IMG/VR virus record: IMGVR_UViG_3300020056_000011
DNA from: an uncultured virus (IMG/VR IMGVR_UViG_3300020056_000011)
Lineage: Duplodnaviria; Heunggongvirae; Uroviricota; Caudoviricetes
Reading direction: 5' to 3' (one strand)
Length of the DNA: 60,676 nucleotides
Part shown: in pieces, positions 48,420 through 59,178 of the stretch
How positions within the stretch are numbered: position 1 is the stretch's first letter
Layout of the letters: every line of letters starts with the position of its first letter
Notes under the pieces: model-generated
The model's database searches: none
What the model saw: the letters and a program-made list of their open reading frames with translations, nothing else
What the model was told of the DNA's origin: nothing
Program-made: the position numbers and the translations under genes

Positions 48420-48956
48420 TTAAGAACTTACTACGCCGCTGTGTTGCCAATAATCGTAGGCAAAAGTACATGTAAATTCTTCTACAACATCATTTGTATC
48501 CCATGATAATTCAATTGATGATAATTCTGTTGGGAATAAACCTCTAAATTCATATCTTGCAATAATGTCACCTTCTCCAGCTTTACCAAAGTGTTCTACA
48601 ATAGCATCACTTTTATATCCCTGGCCAGCATATGTGGTTGTGTTTCCATTGTGTGAATTGATATTGTTCATCCACTGTTCAAGACGATTTCTTACATTGA
48701 AATCTTCTCTATTTAGAATTGTCACCGTCCACGGTTCGAAAGTTCTATTTCCAGCCACTCTTACCTGTCTACCATAGTATGGCACGTCCACCTGTGCAAT
48801 GGTGGACGAAGGAACTTGTGCGGAACGAACAAGAAACGCGGCATTGTCTGGTAATGGTGTTACGCCAGTTGGCATAGTAAGCTGTACTCTGAATAGATTG
48901 GGTCTTGCACCACCATCCCCAAAATTTGATTTGAATGTTTCTATGTTGAATGCCAT
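48420..48956 (-). CDS. gp19: Tail tube protein (gp19)
   Basis: GGARPNLFRV, AGNRTFEPWTVTI, FPTELSSIELSWD, EEFTCTFAYDYW. Confidence 0.96.
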   Translation of the reverse strand: MAFNIETFKSNFGDGGARPNLFRVQLTMPTGVTPLPDNAAFLVRSAQVPSSTIAQVDVPYYGRQVRVAGNRTFEPWTVTILNREDFNVRNRLEQWMNNINSHNGNTTTYAGQGYKSDAIVEHFGKAGEGDIIARYEFRGLFPTELSSIELSWDTNDVVEEFTCTFAYDYWQHSGVVSS

Positions 48957-48977
48957 TTATTATCTCCTATTTTAATC

Positions 48978-48985
48978 TATTTATA
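48978..48985 (-). promoter_or_regulatory. Late promoter for gp19
   Basis: TATAAATA. Confidence 0.8.
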
Positions 48986-51900
48986 TTAAACTGCACCAAC
49001 AATTTCATTGAAATCAACGCCTGTCCTAACTGCAACAAAGTTGAGTTGGATAAAGTTGATTGATCTTGCAGGCTGAATAAAGATGTCTCCAATAAATTCG
49101 TTTCTATCTATCACTTCACTTGTGTTGTTTGTTGCGTCACAGACAACTTTAAAATCATAAATTCCACGGCGACCTTGTACATCTCTCAAGAATGGTTCGA
49201 TAAGAGATGTAAACTGAGATCTTGTGAATTCGTCGTTGAATTCGAATAGAGTGAATTTAGCAGCAGTTGCAATAGATTTCTCAAGAACAATAAACAATCT
49301 TCTAACATTAATTCTACTAAATGCAGATGGTTTTTGTGTGAAGGTTTTGTCACCAAACAGAACAGTTCCTTGTCCAGCAAAACTAACAACAGGGTTAATT
49401 GCTGCTGAATAAAGCGCATCTCTGTCTGCTTTTGTTTGATTTTGCATAGTTTTTACTACGCCTCTATATACACCGCGATTAAATCCGGCTGGAGAATACC
49501 AAGCATCTCTTTCCAATTCACTTCTAACCATCAATCCAGCAGTATCTCCATTGAATGGAACATATCTATATGTATTATTAAATTTATCACTCATATATTT
49601 GTAGTTTGAGTCTGCGAATGCATAGTTGCTTGATTTAACACCTTGGAAGAATGCAATAGTATTGTCACTAGACATCGCATCTCTATCAGCGGCAACATCT
49701 GTTTCTCTAGGAGAAATACATGCGATTGCATCTTTTCTTGAGATTGCGATATCAATGATGTGTCCAACTGCACCTTGCGCTGCAGCCAAACTATCTGCTA
49801 CATCTGCCATTTCGCCCTGTAAAATGAAACCTACGTCTACATTTTCTGCGTCTGCATACATGTCATATCCGGCTTGAAACTGTTGAACAGTTGGAGTAAT
49901 ACCATCTTGTCCACCACCAAATGGGCGAGAAATGAACAGTTCAGTTCCATCTGTGTTTCCAGAAGTCGCCAATGTTGCAAATGATCTCTTAGAAGCAACA
50001 CTGCCTCCATTACTTACAACAATATCACCGCCCCAATCACCATTTGCAATTGGATGATTAAGAATTTTTACCCAATTTGATGAGGAGTTGATAACATTTA
50101 CATAGTAACGATTTTCACCAACTTCTGTTTTACCATTTGCTGCCTTTGACATCTCTTCGATAGTTTCAACAACTCTTTCAGTTCCAGTTTGTGGGTCAGT
50201 CATTGTTACGACCAACGAAATTCCTTGTGTGAGTTTTTCGTTATCTGGGGTTCCCACTGGATTTGATGCTGTCAAATCAATTGTCATGTCATTTGCTCTT
50301 GGTACACCTTTGAGTGCAGAGGCAATTGCAGGATTTGTGGTTTTAAAGTTTGTATATGTAGTTTCATCTACAATATACACTTTCATGCCATTTGCCCATG
50401 TGCCTGGATGTTTCGCTGCAAATTCATGACCATTTGCAACTGCCGCACCAAACCCAAAATTATTATCAAAATCATCATCATTTTTGATATAGAGAGTTGC
50501 TCCAGTATATGAGAATGAATTAGCAGCTGCGTTTCTGATTGTGAAAGTAATCGCGGCCGCGTCTGCTGGGGCAGTTGAGAAAGTTACCGTTGCACCATCA
50601 GCTGATAGTGTGAAATCGGTTCCAGAAACTTGTGCAGTTCCAGCAACATCAACTTCTAGAGTTTGTCCTGTTGTTGAATTTACTGCTGGAGACAATGGAA
50701 ACGATCTTCTCGCAGGGACTATAACTGTTACTGTTTCTCCAGTTGCTGGTGCATTTGATGTAAATGTAATAGTCGTACTATTTGCTGAAACTGTAAAGTC
50801 AGATGCCGAATATGCACCATCAACACTGTTAGTTGCTGTTACGAGTCCATTTTGAACTGCATATGAACCAGGCGCTGTATCCATCAAGTGTGATTGTTGT
50901 AGTGCTACAGCAATAACTACTTCGTCATTATTGTTTGCCCAAAGAAGAATATTTGTGTCTGCTGGTGCAGCAGCTCCTTCGTGTACAGCCAAAGTAGAAA
51001 GGTCTGGCATATAAAATACTTTATGTAACATATGGTCTGCTTGTGCGCCAGCTGAAAGAGCGATTTCTGCGCCAGCTGTATTAGTAGAATATGTATATGT
51101 TTCAGATAGTGTTACAGCAGCACCGCTTACACTTGCAACATAATATGATGTTCCATCTGTAAGTCCTAAAGTATCACCTGCTGTTCCTTCTTTAAAGATT
51201 ACAACATCTCCTTGTGCAAATCCATGATTTGCATTTGTTAGTGTGATAGTGTTAGCTGCAATTGAACTTGAGTCAAACGCACTAGCATATTTTGAGAAGT
51301 AATGGCCGTGTGAAGAACCAGTACCGCCCGCTGCAGAATCAGCTGCGTTTGCATCAGTCATTCTTGTATATAGTGGATAGAAGAACCCACCTGTTGCATA
51401 TCCTGTTCCATCTGTTTTCCATGCTGCGTTTGCTTGAGCATGAATATACCAAGGGCCGGAGTTAGAATTATCACCAATAACTTCCTGAAGTGTGATTTTA
51501 GTAACATCACCAGAATTTGTACCAGTAGCTAAAGCATATCTCGATGCTGGAACTAGACCGCCAGATGTTTCTCCAACACCTCTAACAGAAACCGTTACAT
51601 CAGATGCAATCAAGTCTCTTATATTTGTGTCTGTGCCGGCCGCTGAACCATTTGCAGTAACCAATGCGCTTGTATTATCCAAACGAGGAAGTAAATATTG
51701 ATCGTTAGTACCATCATTTACCCCATCAAAAAGGTCAAATGACTGAACTGAACCTGTGATTGCAGCAGTAAATGTTTGTGCAGATGAACCATATATTGTA
51801 GTTGATGACTCTGCTGTACCTGTTGCTGTTTGTGTTCCTGCTGTCGCAGAAGAAACTGTAACTTTACCTGATACTGCATTTAGAGCCTTATTAGCTTGTG

Positions 51901-52171
51901 CTACTGCTGAATCATTTGCAACTCTAACTATTTTTAAAGAGTTTGAGTATGTTAAGAAATTCGCAGCCGTAAACCATGATTTATAATTTGCATTGTTTGG
52001 TTTGCCAAAAATTGTCACCAATTCTTCTTCGCTGGAGACTTCTGTGATTTGACCAACTGGTCCTTTAGAAAATCTCCCAACCATAGCACCAATGTTAGTA
52101 ACTAAGGCTGGAACGCTAGTAGATGCATCAATTTCAGAAATGTTAACGCCAGGACTTACTTGGAATGCCAT
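48986..52171 (-). CDS. gp18: Tail sheath protein (gp18) with a large central insertion (1061 aa)
   Basis: MAFQVSPGVNISEID, FGKP, WYSPAGFNRG, RINVRRLF, FEFNDEFTR, PARSINFIQLNFVA. Confidence 0.96.
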   Translation of the reverse strand: MAFQVSPGVNISEIDASTSVPALVTNIGAMVGRFSKGPVGQITEVSSEEELVTIFGKPNNANYKSWFTAANFLTYSNSLKIVRVANDSAVAQANKALNAVSGKVTVSSATAGTQTATGTAESSTTIYGSSAQTFTAAITGSVQSFDLFDGVNDGTNDQYLLPRLDNTSALVTANGSAAGTDTNIRDLIASDVTVSVRGVGETSGGLVPASRYALATGTNSGDVTKITLQEVIGDNSNSGPWYIHAQANAAWKTDGTGYATGGFFYPLYTRMTDANAADSAAGGTGSSHGHYFSKYASAFDSSSIAANTITLTNANHGFAQGDVVIFKEGTAGDTLGLTDGTSYYVASVSGAAVTLSETYTYSTNTAGAEIALSAGAQADHMLHKVFYMPDLSTLAVHEGAAAPADTNILLWANNNDEVVIAVALQQSHLMDTAPGSYAVQNGLVTATNSVDGAYSASDFTVSANSTTITFTSNAPATGETVTVIVPARRSFPLSPAVNSTTGQTLEVDVAGTAQVSGTDFTLSADGATVTFSTAPADAAAITFTIRNAAANSFSYTGATLYIKNDDDFDNNFGFGAAVANGHEFAAKHPGTWANGMKVYIVDETTYTNFKTTNPAIASALKGVPRANDMTIDLTASNPVGTPDNEKLTQGISLVVTMTDPQTGTERVVETIEEMSKAANGKTEVGENRYYVNVINSSSNWVKILNHPIANGDWGGDIVVSNGGSVASKRSFATLATSGNTDGTELFISRPFGGGQDGITPTVQQFQAGYDMYADAENVDVGFILQGEMADVADSLAAAQGAVGHIIDIAISRKDAIACISPRETDVAADRDAMSSDNTIAFFQGVKSSNYAFADSNYKYMSDKFNNTYRYVPFNGDTAGLMVRSELERDAWYSPAGFNRGVYRGVVKTMQNQTKADRDALYSAAINPVVSFAGQGTVLFGDKTFTQKPSAFSRINVRRLFIVLEKSIATAAKFTLFEFNDEFTRSQFTSLIEPFLRDVQGRRGIYDFKVVCDATNNTSEVIDRNEFIGDIFIQPARSINFIQLNFVAVRTGVDFNEIVGAV

Positions 52172-52213
52172 TTTTTTATCTCCTTTGATTAAATTATAAA
52201 GTTATTTTCTATT

Positions 52214-52221
52214 TATTTATA
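52214..52221 (-). promoter_or_regulatory. Late promoter for gp18
   Basis: TATAAATA. Confidence 0.8.
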
Positions 52222-52242
52222 AAAACATTAAACTCACCACAA

Positions 52243-53871
52243 TTACACATTCATGCCATCTGTAGTCCATACATCTCCATCATCATCCACAAAAATATCA
52301 GCGGAATTTGATGATGAAATAAATCCAAATGGTAACATATTCTCTTCTAAGTGTCTTAATCTTTCTTCGTATATTTCTTGTCTAGTATCTAAGTCACATA
52401 GTTCTTTGAAAAAACTATCGGTTGTCATCCACGAAAACAAAATTAAGGTGTCTACCAAATCATCAAATTTTCCTGTCTCTGCTTCATATTTATGACCTTT
52501 AGAAACAAAAGATGTCAATTCATTGATAGTATCAAAATCTTTTATGATTAATTTATCTTCTTCTATTAAACTTTTCATATTCATACAACCAATTTTCTTT
52601 GTAGCCTTGGTTGTGCGAATTCCCATAGTTGTTGTTCTTCCTGAAAATCCAGAACTTATACTTTGTCCTTTTCTTGTATCGCTGTTAATACTTATTAGAT
52701 TCTCATATTCCATATCGTGATATAAGATGTCACTCACTTGTTGGCCAACATCATTTACCTCTATTAATATATAAGCCTCATTATACATTTGAGCAACTCT
52801 TCTTATAATAGTTGGATAAACTAATGGAGGGACATTATTAGATCTATAAGTTACAACCTGTGTATATGGAACTTCGGAAGCATCAAAAATAGAAAATGCA
52901 GAATAATCTCCACCCTTTCCTCTTGAAACATCAACTGTACAAAAATAAGTTTTTCCTTCTTTTGGAAATCCATATATTTTTAAGTTTCCATTTTCTCCAA
53001 CTTTTCTTGGATTTTTATATGGCATATTTTTCAATTTCGTCACATTTATTAATGTGTTTGTGCTGCCTAAAAATTCCGTATCAAATTCTTGTCTAAACTG
53101 TTCTGGACTTGTATTTTTAATTGTAGTTTGTTTCCACTTTTCATCTCGGCCAGGAACTTCACTCCAATGAACAGATATTGGATTATATGTATTTCTTCCT
53201 TCTTCTGCGTCTACCCATAATTTATAAAAGTGATTCATTCCTTGTGGAGTAGAAACAATAATAACCTTTGTAGATTGTCCAGATGAAATTGTAGGATACA
53301 CAGAATTAAAAAACTCTTCGGCAATTTCATTTGGAACAAATGCGAATTCGTCTAAGAAAAGAATGTTATACGAACCACCCCGAATTGCACTTGAAGATGT
53401 GGCAGCTGCCAAAACCTTTGCTCCATTTTCTAATTCAATAGAGCCCTTGTTCCAAACCATCACTCCCTGTTGCAACCAATGAGGTAAATTTTCATATGCT
53501 CTTTGCAGTCTACTCAACAATTCCCTTGCAGTAGCCAATTTGTTTGCAAGCAATGCAACCGACACATCTTTATTAAAAAGAATATAGTGTAAGAAAAATG
53601 CAATACATGTAATTGATTTTCCAGACTGTCTACCAATCTTACAGATAGTAAAACGGTTTTCATTGAAAGAACGTATCATTTTTTCTTGGAATGGATATAA
53701 CTCAAAATTTACAAGTCCTTTATCAACATTCACAATTTTCATATATGTTTTTACAAAATGCACAGGATCTTCCATACATTTTACATATTCTGCTGCCTGT
53801 TCTTCACTCCAATCTATTTCTACTCCAACAGCCTTTAAATTTGGATTGTTTAAATAAATGTCACTACTCAT
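52243..53871 (-). CDS. gp17: Terminase large subunit (gp17)
   Basis: YLNNPNLK, RQSGKS, FLDEFAFV, STPQGMNHFY, DVSRG, DDLVD. Confidence 0.97.
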   Translation of the reverse strand: MSSDIYLNNPNLKAVGVEIDWSEEQAAEYVKCMEDPVHFVKTYMKIVNVDKGLVNFELYPFQEKMIRSFNENRFTICKIGRQSGKSITCIAFFLHYILFNKDVSVALLANKLATARELLSRLQRAYENLPHWLQQGVMVWNKGSIELENGAKVLAAATSSSAIRGGSYNILFLDEFAFVPNEIAEEFFNSVYPTISSGQSTKVIIVSTPQGMNHFYKLWVDAEEGRNTYNPISVHWSEVPGRDEKWKQTTIKNTSPEQFRQEFDTEFLGSTNTLINVTKLKNMPYKNPRKVGENGNLKIYGFPKEGKTYFCTVDVSRGKGGDYSAFSIFDASEVPYTQVVTYRSNNVPPLVYPTIIRRVAQMYNEAYILIEVNDVGQQVSDILYHDMEYENLISINSDTRKGQSISSGFSGRTTTMGIRTTKATKKIGCMNMKSLIEEDKLIIKDFDTINELTSFVSKGHKYEAETGKFDDLVDTLILFSWMTTDSFFKELCDLDTRQEIYEERLRHLEENMLPFGFISSSNSADIFVDDDGDVWTTDGMNV

Positions 53872-54322
53872 CAGATTTTTCTTCTCTATTTTTTCCTCTT
53901 AGAGTCTCTAACAAGTCGTTTGTGTTTCCAACAAAAATAGCATTGTTTGTGACCTTGGCGGGTTTTCCGCCATCTTTTGTGTTTTCAATTTTATTCATAG
54001 TGAGTTGTAATTCGATCAAGTCTTTTGTTAACTCGCCAGTTGTTTTCATCAGTTGTCCCGCAACCTCATATGCTCTTGGATGTTCGCTCTCTTTTGCTAA
54101 TTGAATCAAACTGGCTAAACTCTCTTGTCCCATAGAAACCAAGTCTTTCAATGTATCTCTATGATCGTTATAATCATCAAACAAATCCTGACTTCTTTGA
54201 TCTCTTGTAGAATATTGTTCAATATTACTTTTTTGTTTTTCGATTATTTCTTTAGATTGTTCTTCAATTTTATTTTCTATTTCTAAATAATCACTTAATT
54301 TATCATTCAATGTCTTTTTCAT
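53864..54322 (-). CDS. gp16: Terminase small subunit (gp16)
   Basis: AKESEHPRAYEVAGQLMK, NNAIFVGNTNDL. Confidence 0.92.
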   Translation of the reverse strand: MKKTLNDKLSDYLEIENKIEEQSKEIIEKQKSNIEQYSTRDQRSQDLFDDYNDHRDTLKDLVSMGQESLASLIQLAKESEHPRAYEVAGQLMKTTGELTKDLIELQLTMNKIENTKDGGKPAKVTNNAIFVGNTNDLLETLRGKNREEKSDE

Positions 54323-55185
54323 TATTCATCCCCAAAGTAATCATCATAAGTTTCTATGAAAGTATAATTGTCTGTACTCCGCGCATCAATTGGGTCTGTA
54401 GTAATTGTACTTTTAGAAAACTGTGTAGTTTGATCTGGCAATCCTTTTACATTTGTAGTTGCAGTTCTAATAATTTTTTGTTCTCTTGGTAATCCATATA
54501 GATAACCAGACATATTAAATCCTAATGTCTGATCTGGCAATCCTTTTACATTTGTAGTTGCAGTTCTAATAATTTTTTGTTCTCTTGGTAATCCATATAG
54601 ATAACCAGACATATTAAATCCTAATGTCCAAATGAGAGCTCTTCTAGATATATAGTCGCCTTCATAATCATCAGAATAATCTACAGACTCTAATGTAAGA
54701 GCTGTATCTCTTACGATACCTAGTTCATTTGCTTCTTTAATTGGAATAATAAATGATGGAGTAAAATATGGAAGAATTTGTTCCACAATTTGCATTGCGT
54801 CATCCGCATTTTTTGTCATAATAGAAAGTGTAAATCCAATATCATATGGAACTGGTTGATACACAAGATTCTTCTTATCTGCATCAGAGGAATTTTGTTT
54901 TGATAATTTTTTAATTTTTGGTAATTTTCTATCCGCTGCATAATTAAAACCAGAAATTTCAAAACTCATTCTTGGTAGAACAATTGCTGGATCTCCAGTT
55001 GTAGTTATTTTATTAATTCTTGAAAGATATTTTTCTGTCGGCCCATATGAGATAGGAACTCTAATAACTTGTAAAACATTTCCATTCGCGTCAGTTTTTT
55101 CTATATCTATATCGTTGAATATAGAACCAAATGCAATCACATAATTTCTAATTGTGCTTCTATAAAAATGTGCATTACCTAACAT
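54322..55185 (-). CDS. gp15: Tail sheath stabiliser / terminator (gp15), with an in-frame 33-aa duplication
   Basis: FGSIFNDI, VPISYGP, LPRMSFEI, QIVEQILPYFTP. Confidence 0.93.
   Translation of the reverse strand: MLGNAHFYRSTIRNYVIAFGSIFNDIDIEKTDANGNVLQVIRVPISYGPTEKYLSRINKITTTGDPAIVLPRMSFEISGFNYAADRKLPKIKKLSKQNSSDADKKNLVYQPVPYDIGFTLSIMTKNADDAMQIVEQILPYFTPSFIIPIKEANELGIVRDTALTLESVDYSDDYEGDYISRRALIWTLGFNMSGYLYGLPREQKIIRTATTNVKGLPDQTLGFNMSGYLYGLPREQKIIRTATTNVKGLPDQTTQFSKSTITTDPIDARSTDNYTFIETYDDYFGDE
54431..54628. repeat. Exact tandem duplication, 2 x 99 bp
   Basis: 54431-54529 is identical to 54530-54628. Confidence 0.95.
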
Positions 55186-55835
55186 TAGTAATCCTCACTA
55201 AATGGATTTGTTTTCGTAAAGTCAATGACACCATCGACTGTTTGTGGAGACAATGGAATAAGTTGCGTGTCTGGATCTGGTGAATTATCTACTGTACTAT
55301 CAACCGCAGCTGCCGGTTGTGCGGGCGCAATAAAGTTATTATCAATTTCGTTTATTCCAGTATTGATTGTTTCTCTTGCCCATGAGAATAATTCACATGT
55401 TAATCGATATACATGCATTTTTCCAAGTTGAAAAAATGGAACCTCATCTTCGACAAACTTAATTTCAAAAACTTTATCTGTTATGGGAAAATATAATAAA
55501 TCTCCAACTTTTGGTCTTTCAGTTGATGTGACTTCAGTAAATCTACTTATCGAAACAGTTGTAATTAGCTGATCTCTAACTTCCAATCCAAATTTAGATA
55601 ACATATCACCCTCACCTTCAAACCCATCAACACTTTCTATATGCATTTCTATAGTATGTGTTTCAGTGAACGAACTCAATGTATCTTCATTAAATATTGT
55701 ATCTTCATTTACAATCTGTCTTGGAACATATATAAAATCTTGTCCATGCATTTGAATCGATTCTATTACTAGATTTCCAATCAAATCCTGTTCAGCCGTA
55801 AAGTTGATAGTGTTTATATAAGGATTAGTTGCCAT
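55185..55835 (-). CDS. gp14: Neck protein (gp14)
   Basis: EQDLIGNLVIESIQMHG, SKFGLEVRD, RPKVGDLLYFP, PFFQLGK, NPFSE. Confidence 0.93.
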   Translation of the reverse strand: MATNPYINTINFTAEQDLIGNLVIESIQMHGQDFIYVPRQIVNEDTIFNEDTLSSFTETHTIEMHIESVDGFEGEGDMLSKFGLEVRDQLITTVSISRFTEVTSTERPKVGDLLYFPITDKVFEIKFVEDEVPFFQLGKMHVYRLTCELFSWARETINTGINEIDNNFIAPAQPAAAVDSTVDNSPDPDTQLIPLSPQTVDGVIDFTKTNPFSEDY

Positions 55836-55836
55836 C

Positions 55837-56583
55837 TTATCCTACCATGATATCTACTGGAAGCTCGTAACTTAAAGACATTTCCTGTTCCAACTTTTCA
55901 ATTTCTTGATTTGCTTCATCTAAAATTCTACTACCATTGAAAGTAATTCCGCCAGGCAATTGAACACCTTCGTATTTTGTTAGATTTTCTCCCCATTGTT
56001 TTTTAATAAGAGCAGTTGCATACCTTTTAAGCCATCTATCATTCCATACATCAGTATATGTGTCTGGGTCTATAACTCTTGTTGCTTCTATGATAATATT
56101 TTCTCCTACACTAACAGCAGCAGTCCAATCAATATCAAGATATAATTTATTCACATGTCTATTATAACGAATTGGAACTCTTCCAGTAATGATTTCATTT
56201 ACCATTTGAAGATGATCTTGTGTTAGTTGATAAGTCAACATTTCTGCACTTTGTAAATCATAAACATCATTCAAGAAAAGTTGATATCTAATATCAAACA
56301 TATTTGTTGAACTATTTTCCGATTGAAATAAAGGAATTACTTGTTTGATACCAATAATATTATTATTGATAGGAATGTATTTATTATCCATATCCGTCTG
56401 AGTAATTTGATGTGCAAGATATGTATCTTCAACTGCATCATAGTGATAATCTTGATAATACTCCAATGCATCATCAATTCTATCTTCTACCTGTTCATCT
56501 GCTACATTTATTTGAATTACGGGAGAACCCAATTTTCTTAGACAATAAGATTTGAATTCTGTTCTGGATGTAACTACGGCCAT
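55837..56583 (-). CDS. gp13: Neck protein (gp13)
   Basis: YCLRKLGSPVIQINV, WLKRYATALIKKQWGENLTKY, LPGGITFNG. Confidence 0.95.
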   Translation of the reverse strand: MAVVTSRTEFKSYCLRKLGSPVIQINVADEQVEDRIDDALEYYQDYHYDAVEDTYLAHQITQTDMDNKYIPINNNIIGIKQVIPLFQSENSSTNMFDIRYQLFLNDVYDLQSAEMLTYQLTQDHLQMVNEIITGRVPIRYNRHVNKLYLDIDWTAAVSVGENIIIEATRVIDPDTYTDVWNDRWLKRYATALIKKQWGENLTKYEGVQLPGGITFNGSRILDEANQEIEKLEQEMSLSYELPVDIMVG

Positions 56584-56606
56584 GTCATACCTCTCTTTGA
56601 TATGAC

Positions 56607-56614
56607 TATTTATA
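56607..56614 (-). promoter_or_regulatory. Late promoter for gp13
   Basis: TATAAATA. Confidence 0.8.
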
Positions 56615-56625
56615 TGTTTTTGAGT

Positions 56626-59166
56626 TTATCCTTTTAGTGGTTCTGTTGGCGGTGTAAAGTTTGCGGTGTATCTTGCAAGACCTTTAGTGACTCTTAAATC
56701 TTGAATATATCCGTGATACGAAGTTGTCGTACCATTTACGGCTTGACCTATTCGGCAAGGCTTCGAACTACCTAAATCGGTACTGCTATTTCTTGTTGCG
56801 CCGAGTGTTCCATTAACAAATATTCTCCATAATCCGCTCTCTCTAGTAAGGGCAATATGTGTCCATTCTTGGGTTATAGTAACTCCAGAACCAACCTCTA
56901 CATTTGCAGGACCATCATAAAACATAATTTCACCTGATGTGCTTAAGTAGACAACGAGTGCCTCTGCTGCCACAGCTGATCTGAGTCCTACAAAAGCGCC
57001 ACCATTTCCTGTATTTAATGTACCACCCCAATAAGTCCAAAACTCTATTGTAAAATCACCAGTGCCAAAACCAAATGCCGGATTGCTTGCAATACTTACA
57101 TAATCACCGCTTCCATCAAAATACATTGACTTAGTATTAGCAAACTTAGCCTGAGTGGTTGATCCAGTAGTGTTTCCAACAAGCTGGAGATTATTAGTCT
57201 GGGATTTATCAATGACTGAAGCGTCTGTTCCTGAAAGAAGTAATGAAGTGTTTGTAATAGCAGTAAGAGGAGCAGTTGGTGGAGTGAAATTTGATGTGTA
57301 AACAGCAGTTCCTTTAACTATCCGGCAATCAGATATATAACCGCCAAAGTAATTTGTTCCAGTACTTACCTGTGCACCAACCGTTAAAGATAACGTGCTA
57401 TCAAAATTTGTTGTGCATGAAGCAGATGCTACTTGAGAACCATCGACATATAATTTTAAAGTACCACTCTCTCTAGTAGCAACTATATGGTGCCAAAAGC
57501 CTACTTTAATAGTAGAAGAACTTGGATCTTGAGCAATAACACCGTCGGCCACAGTCCAGAAAGCTATAGAGTTGCCAGTACCTCTATAGTACAATTGGAA
57601 GCTTCCATTATTTCCAGAAGTATATCTTTCAAAAATTATTCTATTACCTGATGTACTATCCATACGAACCCAAGCTTCTAAAGTAAAGTCGCCTGTACCT
57701 AAATCTAGCGAAGCATCGTCAGGAACACTTAAATAATCCCCAGACCCATCAAAGTAAACAGAACCACCGTGTATTCCTGTTGAGTACTGTAAATTGTCAA
57801 AGGGCCCTTTAGGCGGTAAACTTATACCCCCTAAAGGCGTTACAGTAAATGAATTTGTAGAGTTATCTTTTATTGTGTTGTCGTTAAATAATAATATAGT
57901 GGTTCCAGCTTCAGCTGTTAATCTTTCTGTTGGAACATCAAAATTAGAATTATATTTTGCTGAGCCTAATTTAAAATGAAAATCAGCCATATATCCTGTG
58001 GGCACCCCAGTCACAGTATTGTCTGCAATATATGCGCCAACATAAGAATACCCAACATTAGCGGTTCCATCGTTATCTCCAAGTTGATTTAGTGAAGAAG
58101 AATAATTTGCAGTTGTTGGATCTTTAATACCATTTATATACGAACTGATAACTCCAGATTCTCTGCATATAGCAATATGAGCCCATTCATTACTTGGCAC
58201 GGAATTCGTAGAAGTGTAAAAGATTGATGATGAGTTCCAAACGCCGACAGAACCTGAAAGCTGAATTTTCCCAGAAGTTTGAATTCTGAAACTATAACCT
58301 ACATTATCTCCTGTAAGCCACTCGCCATTACTTGCAACTTGAATAGTAATAAGACCTATTTCAAAATTTATCCATGCTTCAATTGTGAAATCTTGTGTAG
58401 TTATTTCTAATTCATTGTTTGGTATGAAAAGTCTAGAATCTACACCATCAAAATAAGCACTGTATCCACCATGTCTATACGGACTAAACGTACCAGCGAT
58501 GGCATCACCATTAACTGTGATCGTATGGTTGTTAACTGAACTATCGGTTATATTGTTGTTGTCTGATGTATCTACTGCTGTTGCTAACAAGGTTGTATAA
58601 TTACTGTTTGCAATATAAAATTGTAGAGTGATTGATGTATTTGCACTAACCGCACCATTAACACCATCAGTTGCATTAATTGTTAAAGTAAAAGTTCCAA
58701 TATTGGCATCATCAGTACTAGGAGTTATTGTGAATACATTATCTGTTTGCGATACTGTAGCAATACTTCCAAGTCCACTTGTAGAATAACTCCATGTCAG
58801 AGGGAATCCTTCAGGGTCTGTAGAAACCGCTGTGATTACAGTAGGAGTTCCGTCAGTTTCCAGTGAATAAGATCCAGAAACGCCAGTGATTGCTGTTGGT
58901 GAGTCATTCTGTACTGTAGCAATCTTATACCAACCAGTACCAGAATAGATATAAAGATTATTGTTTCCTGTTACAAATGCCTGATCCCCATTAGACATTC
59001 CTGTTTTTGCAATCAGTGCAGCCATATCTGCAAGAACATCTATGGATGCACCAGAAGAAACTTCAGAACTTTCCCAATATCCTTTTGTGGCATTGTAAAC
59101 ATATGTTACATTACCTTCAGTTACTTCTTGTGCATTTGTTGGATTACTTGGAAAATTGATTGCCAT
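56626..59166 (-). CDS. Tail fibre/virion protein with Ig/cadherin-like domain and three LamG (concanavalin A-like) domains
   Basis: MAINFPSNPT N-terminus; TDPEGFP Ig-like module; three repeats of YFDG..DFT(I/L)E.W..W.H(I)A..RESG..Y..NF..PT. Confidence 0.8.
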   Translation of the reverse strand: MAINFPSNPTNAQEVTEGNVTYVYNATKGYWESSEVSSGASIDVLADMAALIAKTGMSNGDQAFVTGNNNLYIYSGTGWYKIATVQNDSPTAITGVSGSYSLETDGTPTVITAVSTDPEGFPLTWSYSTSGLGSIATVSQTDNVFTITPSTDDANIGTFTLTINATDGVNGAVSANTSITLQFYIANSNYTTLLATAVDTSDNNNITDSSVNNHTITVNGDAIAGTFSPYRHGGYSAYFDGVDSRLFIPNNELEITTQDFTIEAWINFEIGLITIQVASNGEWLTGDNVGYSFRIQTSGKIQLSGSVGVWNSSSIFYTSTNSVPSNEWAHIAICRESGVISSYINGIKDPTTANYSSSLNQLGDNDGTANVGYSYVGAYIADNTVTGVPTGYMADFHFKLGSAKYNSNFDVPTERLTAEAGTTILLFNDNTIKDNSTNSFTVTPLGGISLPPKGPFDNLQYSTGIHGGSVYFDGSGDYLSVPDDASLDLGTGDFTLEAWVRMDSTSGNRIIFERYTSGNNGSFQLYYRGTGNSIAFWTVADGVIAQDPSSSTIKVGFWHHIVATRESGTLKLYVDGSQVASASCTTNFDSTLSLTVGAQVSTGTNYFGGYISDCRIVKGTAVYTSNFTPPTAPLTAITNTSLLLSGTDASVIDKSQTNNLQLVGNTTGSTTQAKFANTKSMYFDGSGDYVSIASNPAFGFGTGDFTIEFWTYWGGTLNTGNGGAFVGLRSAVAAEALVVYLSTSGEIMFYDGPANVEVGSGVTITQEWTHIALTRESGLWRIFVNGTLGATRNSSTDLGSSKPCRIGQAVNGTTTSYHGYIQDLRVTKGLARYTANFTPPTEPLKG

Positions 59167-59178
59167 TTTTTATTCCTA

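Noticed and set aside
48785..48808. 8-bp inverted repeat CGTCCACC/GGTGGACG inside gp19
   Set aside because: Within coding sequence, no U tract; compatible with chance
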